From NCBI GenBank assembly GCA_964403585.1, contig CAYOFQ010000001.1, forward strand, positions 520,630-584,629: 64,000 bases of DNA, given 5' to 3'. Of this stretch, positions 1-12,252 are shown piece by piece. Both the position numbers and the translations under genes were made by a program. This stretch comes from an uncultured Gammaproteobacteria bacterium (GTDB lineage Bacteria > Patescibacteriota > Microgenomatia > JALYQM01). Under the pieces are notes generated by a model. The model had not been told where the DNA came from and ran no database searches. It saw only the letters and a list, made by a program, of their open reading frames with translations. The first letter of the stretch is position 1. Each line of letters opens with the position of its first letter.

Positions 1-1871
1 AAATTTTATCCGAAGGAAAGGGTAAAAAGACAACCAAATCCACGGCTAAAACTACCAAAAAAACGACGAAGACGGCAGCCAAGACTGAACCGGAAGCAAA
101 AGAAATTGCCTACGAACGAATTGCCTTTCATGAAATTACCGAACATGCCATCAAAGAAGCACTGCAAAGTCCGCGTAAAATTGACGCGGCGCTGGTAGAC
201 GCGCAACAGGCCCGACGTGTCCTTGACCGCCTCGTTGGCTATAAATTGTCACCATTGTTATGGCGAAAAGTGCGAACCGGATTATCGGCCGGCCGGGTAC
301 AGTCGGTTGCTGTGCGACTCATTGTCGATCGTGAGCGGGAAATTGAAGCATTTAAAGCTGAAGAATATTGGAGTATTGATGCACTGTTTGAAGTTCCCGG
401 ACGCAAACAGGATAACAAGTTTATCGCCAGCCTGTTCAAGATCAACGACAAAAAGATTTCGATCAAGAATCAGGAAGAGTCACAGAATTATGTTAATGAG
501 ATTCAAAAAGATACCTACATCATTAGCTCTGTAACCAAAAAAGAAGTCCGCAAATATTCGGTACCCCCGTTTACCACATCAACCCTGCAGCAGAATGCAT
601 CCAACAAACTCGGATTTTCCGCTAAGAAGACCATGATGCTTGCCCAGGGGCTCTATGAAGAAGGATTAATTACGTACATGCGTACCGATTCGGTCAACTT
701 ATCGGAGGAGAGTATCGCTGCTACGCGCTCGTTCATCAGTTCGGAGTATGGTCCACAATACTTACCGGAAAAACCGAAGTATTATAAGACCAAATCAAAA
801 GTGGCTCAGGAAGCACACGAAGCCATTCGTCCTACAGATATCTACAAAACGCCGGCCAAAATGGCAGGGTTGGAGAAAGATCAGCTCCGACTCTATACAC
901 TCATCTGGAATCGTATGGCTGCGTGTCAAATGAAAGAAGCGGTCTATGATCAAACTACCATCGATATAACTTCGCAAAAAAGTGCCAATAAGTACCTTTT
1001 CCGTGCCGTCGGCCGCATCATCAAGTTTGATGGCTGGCTCCGGGTGTATGGTATCGAAGCCGAAACTGAAGATGTTAAAGAACAAACTAAAGACAGTCAG
1101 GAAGAAAATAGTGAAGATAAAGAGATTATCAAAGAAAACACCCGGCTTCCGGATGTTTCCGAAGGTCAGGATCTGTTACTGCAAAAACTGATGCCCGAGC
1201 AGCATTTTACCCAACCACCACCACGCTACACGGAAGCTGCGCTGGTAAAAGCCTTGGAAGAGCGGGGTATTGGACGCCCTTCAACGTATGCGCCAACCAT
1301 TTCTACTATCATGGATCGCAAATACGTTGAGAAAGAGCAGAAAGCACTTAAGCCAACACCGATCGGCATTGCTGTTAACGATTTTTTGATGGCCAATTTC
1401 CCTGACATTATGGATTTTTCCTTCACGGCCGATCTGGAACAGGAACTCGACGACGTTGCCAACGGCGATGCCCAGTGGAAACCGATGCTGAAAGGATTTC
1501 TCGCACCATTCACCAAAAAGGTTGAAGAAACCCAGGAAACGGCCGAGCGTGTTAAAGTCGCAACCGAAGAAATCAACGAACCGTGTCCGCAATGCGGCAA
1601 TCCGCTAATTGTTCGCTTTGGACGTTTCGGTAAATTTATTTCCTGCTCAACGTATCCGGACTGCAAATATACTCGCCCGTTTGTCAACAAATTGGAGGGA
1701 ATGAATTGTCCAAAGGACGGAGGACAAGTAATTATGCGCAAAACCAAAAAAGGTCGTCCGTTTTACGGTTGCAGCAATTACCCCAATTGCGACTGGGCCT
1801 CCTGGACCAAACCGGAACTCCCGGCAGCGACGGGCGACTCGACAGCCTCAACCGGTACATCCACACAGTAA
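1..1871 (+). CDS. topA: DNA topoisomerase I, 3' portion (5' end lies outside the window)
   Basis: The frame is open from the window edge (position 3). TYMRTDS active-site Tyr region is present. Two C-terminal C4 zinc ribbons (CPQCG..CSTYPDCKY and CPKDG..CSNYPNCDW). Stop TAA at 1869-1871. Confidence 0.9.
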   Translation, partial: ILSEGKGKKTTKSTAKTTKKTTKTAAKTEPEAKEIAYERIAFHEITEHAIKEALQSPRKIDAALVDAQQARRVLDRLVGYKLSPLLWRKVRTGLSAGRVQSVAVRLIVDREREIEAFKAEEYWSIDALFEVPGRKQDNKFIASLFKINDKKISIKNQEESQNYVNEIQKDTYIISSVTKKEVRKYSVPPFTTSTLQQNASNKLGFSAKKTMMLAQGLYEEGLITYMRTDSVNLSEESIAATRSFISSEYGPQYLPEKPKYYKTKSKVAQEAHEAIRPTDIYKTPAKMAGLEKDQLRLYTLIWNRMAACQMKEAVYDQTTIDITSQKSANKYLFRAVGRIIKFDGWLRVYGIEAETEDVKEQTKDSQEENSEDKEIIKENTRLPDVSEGQDLLLQKLMPEQHFTQPPPRYTEAALVKALEERGIGRPSTYAPTISTIMDRKYVEKEQKALKPTPIGIAVNDFLMANFPDIMDFSFTADLEQELDDVANGDAQWKPMLKGFLAPFTKKVEETQETAERVKVATEEINEPCPQCGNPLIVRFGRFGKFISCSTYPDCKYTRPFVNKLEGMNCPKDGGQVIMRKTKKGRPFYGCSNYPNCDWASWTKPELPAATGDSTASTGTSTQ

Positions 1872-1912
1872 TCCTATTGCAATTTTTTTCGCGGTCTGCA
1901 TACCATAGAAGT

Positions 1913-2761
1913 ATGCATGCACACCGGCCACATAAAGTACACAAACTCATAACGTGGATAAAGAAAAACACTTCGCTGGTAAGTGGTTTAGCAGCAGTGC
2001 TTATTACTCTCCTTTTTGTCTCCTCAGTAGTGCTCCTGGGGCAGTCGGGTCAACTTACCTCATTAAGTCGTATTGGTGCTGTTGATCAGACCATAACCTA
2101 TCAAGAAATCACCTGTACCAGCGTGCTCGTTAAATCCAATGTTGGCTTGCGCGGAAATCTCGTATTGAATGTAATGAATAGCGGCGAGCGAGTAGTCAGC
2201 CAGTCTGCCGCCTTTCAGTTACCTTTTGCCAATGAAACGACCTTAGTAAGATTCCCACAACTTCCTGCTAATGGTGTGTATACTTTTTTCATCACTCAGA
2301 ACACACAAGTTATCGGACAAAATGTTAGCTTCAATATGATGTGTCCAGCTCCGCAAGTATATTTTAACAACCATACCTGCAACTATGTGGATTTAGTAAG
2401 CATCCAGCCACTCCAAGGGCAATTCCAAGTTGCAGTATTATTCGGGTCCGGAGAGGAAGGAGAACCGTCTCAAGTCGTACGGCTCTCACAACCATTTAGT
2501 TTTTCTGCGCAAAATACGGCACGGGCAAGCTTTACTCAGCCGTTGAATAGCAATGATGATTTTATCTATGTTCTGTATCGCAATGGCGTTTTCATTGCCT
2601 ACGGATCCGGAGGCGGAATAAAGTCACTAGAATGTTATGTGCCTCCAACCCCCACACCAACTCCTAATCTTCCTCCTGCAGGGACAGTGGATTCGATTAC
2701 CGACGGACTTATCAGAGGGTGGGCACGTGATCCCAATACAACAGCACCTATTCAGGTCTAG
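1913..2761 (+). CDS. Membrane-anchored extracellular protein, N-terminal segment of a gene interrupted by an in-frame TAG. It carries an N-terminal TM helix and a 4-Cys domain paralogous to 3884-4436.
   Basis: ATG at 1913, followed by a hydrophobic anchor (LVSGLAAVLITLLFVSSVVLL). Strong similarity to the N-terminal half of the 3698-5941 product (TCxS, CPAP, HTCN, PLNSNDDF, LECY, then a PTPTP linker). The frame is terminated by TAG at 2759-2761. Confidence 0.55.
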   Translation: MHAHRPHKVHKLITWIKKNTSLVSGLAAVLITLLFVSSVVLLGQSGQLTSLSRIGAVDQTITYQEITCTSVLVKSNVGLRGNLVLNVMNSGERVVSQSAAFQLPFANETTLVRFPQLPANGVYTFFITQNTQVIGQNVSFNMMCPAPQVYFNNHTCNYVDLVSIQPLQGQFQVAVLFGSGEEGEPSQVVRLSQPFSFSAQNTARASFTQPLNSNDDFIYVLYRNGVFIAYGSGGGIKSLECYVPPTPTPTPNLPPAGTVDSITDGLIRGWARDPNTTAPIQV

Positions 2762-2830
2762 TTATTTATCGATGGGGCACCAGACATTCTTTTCCCTAAC
2801 CGGTTTATCGGCTCAGTCGCAGCAAATCAA

Positions 2831-3610
2831 TTGCGCTCTGATCTTCCATTTGCGGATAAAAATCACGGATTTACCTTTCAACTATCCCCACTGCTCTTTC
2901 AAAATACCGGAACCCATCGACTTTTCGCGTATGGTATAGACAGCGCTGGTGGCGCAAACCCGCAGCTGTCCGGGAGTCCATACACTTTTACCTGGGTTAG
3001 ACCGAGTCCGTCCCCAAGCCCGTCCCTTTCACCATCCCCAAGTCCAACACCGACACCTACTCCATCACCATCACCAACACCAACCAGATCACCATCGCCT
3101 ACGCCCACCCCCACACCGGTGGCCTATGGCTGTGAGAATCAGAGCTTCTATAGCGTCAACTTATCATATCCGCACACCAAAGCCTGCTTCTTTGTCCCAA
3201 ATCTGATGTATGATCAGGAAAATCGGTTTAATATTTTCCATATCCCTACTAACTATTCTGTACGGTTCCCATTTGTGCGAACAGAAAATGTAGGCATCAA
3301 AGAGGATCGAAATCTGCAGTGGTCAATAACCTCTCAAGTAGCAGGTCAGGTTTTTGTTATGTACCGTAAAATTCCCGGCCAGGTTCCACCTGGTTGGATT
3401 ACAGATAAATATCAGAAAATGACCACTGATGACTGGTCAAATTTAAATCAATATGTGTTACGCAAAAACGAACTTGGATTGATCGGTGTATACGATATCT
3501 ACCGAACAACGATGAACGGCCCAAACACGACAGTGGAATTTGGCCCCGCATCAGATAATAATGTAACGGCATTCTCAATGTACTTAGTCGGAATCAGTCC
3601 CGGTTTATAA
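2831..3610 (+). CDS. Same reading frame as 1913-2761, continuing past the TAG. Encodes the tail of a GWxxDPD..VHIYxD-type domain, a PS/PT-rich linker, and a C-terminal 'YRKIPGQ' domain.
   Basis: Same frame as the upstream ORF. The track start at 2831 is a TTG. RSDLPFADKNHGFTF aligns with RSDLTAEKANHAFNW of the 3698-5941 product. The C-terminal 145 aa match the N-terminal domains of the 12253-14022 and 42121-43569 products. Confidence 0.45.
   Translation: MRSDLPFADKNHGFTFQLSPLLFQNTGTHRLFAYGIDSAGGANPQLSGSPYTFTWVRPSPSPSPSLSPSPSPTPTPTPSPSPTPTRSPSPTPTPTPVAYGCENQSFYSVNLSYPHTKACFFVPNLMYDQENRFNIFHIPTNYSVRFPFVRTENVGIKEDRNLQWSITSQVAGQVFVMYRKIPGQVPPGWITDKYQKMTTDDWSNLNQYVLRKNELGLIGVYDIYRTTMNGPNTTVEFGPASDNNVTAFSMYLVGISPGL
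3001..3120. repeat. Low-complexity tandem tract encoding a Pro/Ser/Thr linker (SPSPSPTPTPTP...)
   Basis: The ccg/tcc/aca/cca codon periodicity is visible directly in the sequence. It generates spurious His-rich and Gly/Asp-rich ORFs in the other frames. Confidence 0.8.
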
Positions 3611-3697
3611 CTCCCTCTTGCGCAACATATGCTTTTGTCCCTACCTTAATAGTAAGGAAATATTTACTCATTATTAAGAAAGGAAATAAAGAACTCT

Positions 3698-5941
3698 ATG
3701 AAAAGTTTCCATACTCATAGAGACAAAGGGTTTCTTGGGTACTTGCGCAAGAATAAAGCACTTGCAAGCGGGCTTGCTGCCGTGGTACTGACAATACTCT
3801 TTGTTTCTACCATTATAATTTCAGGCAAATCCACACAACTAGGGATGCTTTCTCAAACTAACGCTGCAAATCCTGTAGTAAAATTTCAGGACGCTACCTG
3901 TTCCTCGGCAATTGTCAGTACCGACCAGGTCGTAAGTGGCTCGTATACTGTCAATGTCCTTAATGGGAGCGGGGATTTGGTCGGACAATCAGCGGCGTTC
4001 AACTTCACCGGAGAGACTCATTATGTAACATTCCCGTCTCTAGGATCGAGCGATTATTTTAGTTTTAACCTTAAAAAAAATGGGGTTACGTTTGGAACAC
4101 ATTCTCCTAACGAAAACTATCGCTTTAATTTAGTATGTCCAGCACCAACGGTATGGTTCTCGCAACACACCTGTAATTCTGTACAGGTGGCAACTTCTCA
4201 GGCATTATCAGGAACGTATCAGGTAGGAGTTTCTTTTTCAAATGGTGGAGAACGGGATAGGCCGACAGAGTTTATTAATCGATCAAGAAACTTTACTTTT
4301 AATGGACAAAATGCAACGGCTACATTTGAACGTCCTCTTAACAGCAATGACGACTTTTATTATACATTGCTTAAAAATGACGTAATGGTCGGAAGAATCG
4401 GATTCGGCAGCCCGAAAGCACTTGAGTGCTATGCCGATCCAACCCCGACTCCGACACCGCCACCATCCTGGAAAGTTAACATGCAAGCCGTATGTCCAAA
4501 CGGCAACGCACCGACCAGAATGTCCGGAAGCGTTGGAACTCGCTGGAGACCATATCCGTACACCGTTAACGGACAAGAAGTAGGCTACACCGATGGTGGA
4601 GCAGCTAACGCTACTGGGTTATCAGTTATTACAGCACCGGTAATAAATAGAGATCTGAACTGGTTTGCCTATATGTTCTATCGCTATCCAAACGGAGGTG
4701 CTTTAGTTCAAACATTACCGACAATCGGCGCAATGCCAAACAGTCATTTTGAATCACATGACTACAATCCAGACAATTTAAGGTATCAGATTACCTGGGA
4801 TGAACAAACTCCCGTTAATACCTATACGGTTAAATTTAAGTTACCAAACGATGCTCCCGAATGTGCCGGTACTACCACTCAAGGTCAACGCCCGGTTGGT
4901 AATGTCGACGGAGTATATAATGATTCCAGCTTAGGCTATGTCGTCTCAGGATGGTCTTTGGATCCTGACTCCACTTCAACCAAAATTAAAGTACATATCT
5001 ATGCTGATAAAGAATTCTCAGCATCCGATACCAGTGGATACGCCGGTGAAGTGGTTGCCGATGATCCGCGTTCAGACTTAACCGCTGAAAAAGCCAACCA
5101 TGCGTTTAATTGGGTAGTACCCGCTAGGTTTAAAGATGGTAATGCCCATACGTTCTATGTATACCCAATCGATTACCCCTCAAACACCGGATATGACATT
5201 GGTGGAGGAAAGGCCTTTAGTATAGGGAAAGTAACCTATACATTCCCAACAGCATCCGCAAGCCCAAGCGGCTCTCCGGTAGCCTGTTCCAATAAAGACA
5301 TCATGATGGTGATGGACACTTCAGGAAGTATGTCCGGAAGTAAGATTCGCGATGCTAAAGCAGGAGTCAAAGCACTCGTCGCAAAATTACCATCTAATGC
5401 CAACGCTCGCGCAGGATTAGTAGGATTCGGAACTCATGCCTACATTGCTGCAGACATGACGCAAACAATGAGTAAAGTAACTGAGGCGTCAGATAAATTA
5501 CGAGCCTCCGGTGGAACCAACCTTGCCGAAGGTATTACCACAGGCTCGAGTAAAATTGCCGCGGATAATCGAACCCACGTCATGCTGATCATGACCGACG
5601 GTATCGCCAACCTTCCACGCCCGAGAGAAATCGGTCCAAACGAACCCGCTGCATATGCATCAGCACAGGCAGCTGCAACCGAAGCAGTTGCTGCAGAGGT
5701 AGCACGCGGACTACGAACAGTATTCTATACAGTTGGATTAGGCAGTAAGAGTCAACTGAATTCAACCTGGCTCGATGCTCTTGCCCGTGGCACGGGTGGA
5801 AAGAGTGTCTATGTTTCTAAATCAACAGAATTAGATAACAAATTCACTGAACTGGTAACCGAAATGTGTAAGGAAACACCTGCATCAGGTAACCCTGAAT
5901 TCCTTAATAACTTACGGGGATTGACTGCTCCAAGACAGTAA
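3698..5941 (+). CDS. Membrane-anchored extracellular multidomain protein: 4-Cys domain, PT linker, GWxxDPD..VHIYxD domain, C-terminal von Willebrand factor A domain
   Basis: N-terminal TM helix. Paralogy to the 1913-3610 gene. VWA MIDAS motif DTSGSMSGS, with downstream MLIMTDGIAN motifs. Stop TAA. Confidence 0.8.
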   Translation: MKSFHTHRDKGFLGYLRKNKALASGLAAVVLTILFVSTIIISGKSTQLGMLSQTNAANPVVKFQDATCSSAIVSTDQVVSGSYTVNVLNGSGDLVGQSAAFNFTGETHYVTFPSLGSSDYFSFNLKKNGVTFGTHSPNENYRFNLVCPAPTVWFSQHTCNSVQVATSQALSGTYQVGVSFSNGGERDRPTEFINRSRNFTFNGQNATATFERPLNSNDDFYYTLLKNDVMVGRIGFGSPKALECYADPTPTPTPPPSWKVNMQAVCPNGNAPTRMSGSVGTRWRPYPYTVNGQEVGYTDGGAANATGLSVITAPVINRDLNWFAYMFYRYPNGGALVQTLPTIGAMPNSHFESHDYNPDNLRYQITWDEQTPVNTYTVKFKLPNDAPECAGTTTQGQRPVGNVDGVYNDSSLGYVVSGWSLDPDSTSTKIKVHIYADKEFSASDTSGYAGEVVADDPRSDLTAEKANHAFNWVVPARFKDGNAHTFYVYPIDYPSNTGYDIGGGKAFSIGKVTYTFPTASASPSGSPVACSNKDIMMVMDTSGSMSGSKIRDAKAGVKALVAKLPSNANARAGLVGFGTHAYIAADMTQTMSKVTEASDKLRASGGTNLAEGITTGSSKIAADNRTHVMLIMTDGIANLPRPREIGPNEPAAYASAQAAATEAVAAEVARGLRTVFYTVGLGSKSQLNSTWLDALARGTGGKSVYVSKSTELDNKFTELVTEMCKETPASGNPEFLNNLRGLTAPRQ

Positions 5942-5963
5942 TACGCATTTCACGCAGTAACTA

Positions 5964-5997
5964 AAAAGAGCTCTAGCAATAGAGCTCTTTTTTTCTT
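5964..5997. terminator. Bidirectional rho-independent terminator between convergent genes
   Basis: Palindrome aaaaagagctctagcaatagagctcttttttt: a GC-containing stem, an A-run on one side and a T-run on the other. Confidence 0.6.
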
Positions 5998-6058
5998 TAA
6001 TGGTTGAATAATAATTGTATCTACAACTAGTAATAGATAGGATAAGTCAGTTCAATAA

Positions 6059-6465
6059 TTAGTATTGGCGCTTTTTCTTTGCGACCTTTAATTCCAGCAT
6101 TGCTCTACGCATTGCGCCCTCAGCAAGGGCGTAATCTTCATCAGTAACTCGTTGCTGCATAGCTTCCTGCGCTTTACGGTGAGCTTCTTCCACCGCTGCT
6201 TCATTTATCTCTTCAGCCTGGACAGCGTCATCAGCCAGGATAGTTACCTTATTATTCGCAACTTCAATAAAACCGCCATGTATCGCCAGAAAATGATCCT
6301 GTCCGTCTTTGGTGTATTTTAACTCGCTCGGTTGTAACTTGGAGTACAACGGAATATGTGAGGGCAATATTCCTATTTGTCCTTCAACAGTCTCAACGGT
6401 AATAATACTGACATTGTCTTCAGTCAGCACGCGTTTTTCTGGTGTCACAATATCTAATGTAAGCA

Positions 6466-6466
<1 letters not shown>
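6059..6466 (-). CDS. atpC: F1Fo ATP synthase epsilon subunit
   Basis: 135 aa, at the distal end of the atp operon. Its start codon overlaps the atpD stop by 1 nt. Confidence 0.85.
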
Positions 6467-8752
<2,286 letters not shown>

Positions 8753-8753
<1 letters not shown>

Positions 8754-10240
8754 TACCGCTCCTGAAACCCGCTTACAGCACTCTGTAATTGGGAAACAAT
8801 TTCATCAGATAATACTTTCTCAGTATTCAACTTGTCGAGGAGTTCAGGATAGGTCGAGTGCATATATTCGAGTAACGACCGTCCCCAATCAGCAATCTGC
8901 GGTTTCTCAATTTTATTGGCAAATCCTTCACTCACCGCCCATATTTGCACGACCTGTTCGGCCAAAGTCAGAATCTCTGCTGTACCTTGTTTCAGTATCT
9001 CGGTTAATCGTGATCCTCGGTCGAGTGTCCGTTTTGTTGAATCATCAAGATCTGAAGCAAACTGAGCAAATGCGGCGAGTTCCCGGTACTGCGACAGTTC
9101 AATCTTCATTTTACCCGCAACTTTTTTCATTGCTTTGGTTTGGGCTGAAGATCCGACACGGGAAACCGAAAGACCAACGTTGATCGCCGGACGAATACCT
9201 GCATAGAAGAGATCTGTTTCCAGGAAAATCTGTCCATCGGTAATTGAGATGACGTTGGTAGGAATGTATGCAGACACATCACCGGCTTGGGTTTCAATAA
9301 TTGGCAACGCAGTTATCGAACCGCCACCGTATTTCTGATCAATTCGGCATGCTCTCTCAAGCAATCGGGAGTGAAGGTAGAAAACATCTCCGGGATACGC
9401 CTCACGACCAGACGGACGACGGAGCAATAGCGACATTTGTCGATACGCCCAGGCATGTTTAGATAAGTCATCGTATACCACTAAGACATCTTTCCCTTGC
9501 TTGAGGAAGTATTCGGCCATCGCGGTGCCTGCGTAAGGGGCGAGATACTGCAAAGCCGCAGCCTCGGAAGCATCTGCCACTACCACGATCGTATTTTTCA
9601 ATGCTCCGGTTTTTTCCAGCAAGGCCACTGTCTGGGCCACGAAACTGGCTTTTTGACCAATGGCTACATAGACCGAAATCACGCCGCTGTCTTTTTGGCT
9701 GATAATTGATTGCAAGGCGACAGTGGATTTTCCTGTTTGACGATCCCCGATAATTAATTCACGCTGACCTCGTCCAATCGGAACCAGAACATCAATCGCT
9801 TTAACACCGGTTTGCAGTGGAACATCAACTGATTTCCGCTCAATAACACCGGGCGCTTTTTGCTCAACCGGCATCGACTCGGTAGTTTTGATTGAACCTT
9901 TACCATCAACGGGCTGCCCCAGCGCATTGACAACACGTCCGAGAAGGGCATCACCGGCGGGGACTGTTAAGAGACTGCCGAGTGACTCAACTGTCTGACC
10001 AACCGAAAGACCGGTCAACTCACCAAGGACAACAGCCCCGATGTTATTTTTGTTTAAGTTCAAAATAAGACCATAGATACCGGTCTCAAAACGAAGAACT
10101 TCCGACATCTGTGCATTTTCCAGACCAGCCACGGTCACAATACCGTCGCCTAATTCAACAATACTCCCGACATTCTTTATCGAGGGTGTGGGAGTAAACG
10201 CAGACAGGTGTTTTTCTAATTCTTCAATAAAGCTACTCAT
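8753..10240 (-). CDS. atpA: F1Fo ATP synthase alpha subunit
   Basis: Walker A GDRQTGKS. 495 aa. Canonical position in the operon. Confidence 0.95.
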
Positions 10241-10247
10241 ATTCTCC

Positions 10248-10586
10248 TTATTTCTTTAGTTGCTCGGTGATCTGTTTTAACTGACCGCTAACGGTGTAAT
10301 CAATAACCGTATCACCAACTTGAATATACATTCCACCGATAATAGTTTCGTCAATGTGTTCCTCAATCTGTATGTGGCGACCAAACATCTCTGAAAGTTG
10401 CTTTTTGATGAGTTCTCTTTCAGATTCTCGGAGTTCTATTGCTGTTCTAATTACAGCCACATTGTATCTGCTTTGTTTGGCCTGAAATTCAGACAAATGA
10501 GCAATTATATCAGACAGCATTGCCATCTGTCCACGCTTTTCCAATAACTGAAGTAAGCCTTCAGCGATTTCCCGAGCAGAATTCAT
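10248..10586 (-). CDS. atpH: F1Fo ATP synthase delta subunit (OSCP)
   Basis: 112 aa, positioned between the b and alpha subunit genes. The C-terminal half is delta-like. Confidence 0.7.
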   Translation of the reverse strand: MNSAREIAEGLLQLLEKRGQMAMLSDIIAHLSEFQAKQSRYNVAVIRTAIELRESERELIKKQLSEMFGRHIQIEEHIDETIIGGMYIQVGDTVIDYTVSGQLKQITEQLKK

Positions 10587-10615
10587 AACGCACTCCTTCT
10601 TAATAAAATTAGTAA

Positions 10616-11116
10616 CTACTGTGTCTGAATTTTCACACCCTTAAGTTCATCCAGTTGTTTCTTTAACAAATCGTGCTGCAAATTGACATCAAGCGTCCCG
10701 GCGAGCGACTTTTTGGCGATGAGTGCTGCCAGACGAACAGCTTCCTCGTCAAGACTCATACGTCGGCGGTCAAGTTCGGTTTCGGCTTGCTCAACAATCT
10801 TACGCGCCTCAGCCTGTGCAGCAACTTTAGCTTCCTCATGCAACTTTACCGATAACTCTTGAGCGCGTTCACGCATCTCTTCAATTAATTTCTGACCTTC
10901 AACCCGTGCTGAGTTCACGACGTCACTCTTCATTGATTCTGCCTCAGCCAGTTGCTGCTTAACTTTCTCGGCATTAGCAAGGCCTTCTTTAATCTCCTCA
11001 TCGCGTTTTTTCAAATATTTTTGAGTCGGAGGAACAACAAATTTTGCAATAATGACGTATAGAATCAGAAAATTCAATGCCTGCCAAATGATCTGCTGTA
11101 AATTTAATATTTCCAT
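10616..11116 (-). CDS. atpF: F1Fo ATP synthase b subunit
   Basis: N-terminal TM helix followed by a long charged coiled coil. 166 aa. Confidence 0.8.
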   Translation of the reverse strand: MEILNLQQIIWQALNFLILYVIIAKFVVPPTQKYLKKRDEEIKEGLANAEKVKQQLAEAESMKSDVVNSARVEGQKLIEEMRERAQELSVKLHEEAKVAAQAEARKIVEQAETELDRRRMSLDEEAVRLAALIAKKSLAGTLDVNLQHDLLKKQLDELKGVKIQTQ

Positions 11117-11140
11117 ATGTTTCCTATTCTCTTAATGACC

Positions 11141-12149
<1,009 letters not shown>

Positions 12150-12252
12150 AGATGGATATAAAAAGCAAGCTTATTACACGGAAATTATATCGTGCCTCAA
12201 CTCTTCACACAAGTAGCATCACAGTGATATAAATCACATGGCATATTGCGAA

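Noticed and set aside
2759-2761. Possibility that TAG is a reassigned sense codon (alternative genetic code)
   Set aside because: TAG cleanly terminates at least two other well-supported ORFs (24016-24018 and 49654-49656) at positions consistent with homolog lengths. A nonsense mutation or an assembly error is more parsimonious.
2949-3206. His-rich ORF (HHHHQHQPDHH...) and the Gly/Asp-rich antisense ORF 2899-3114
   Set aside because: These are alternative-frame readings of the ccg/tcc/aca low-complexity linker tract inside the real gene.
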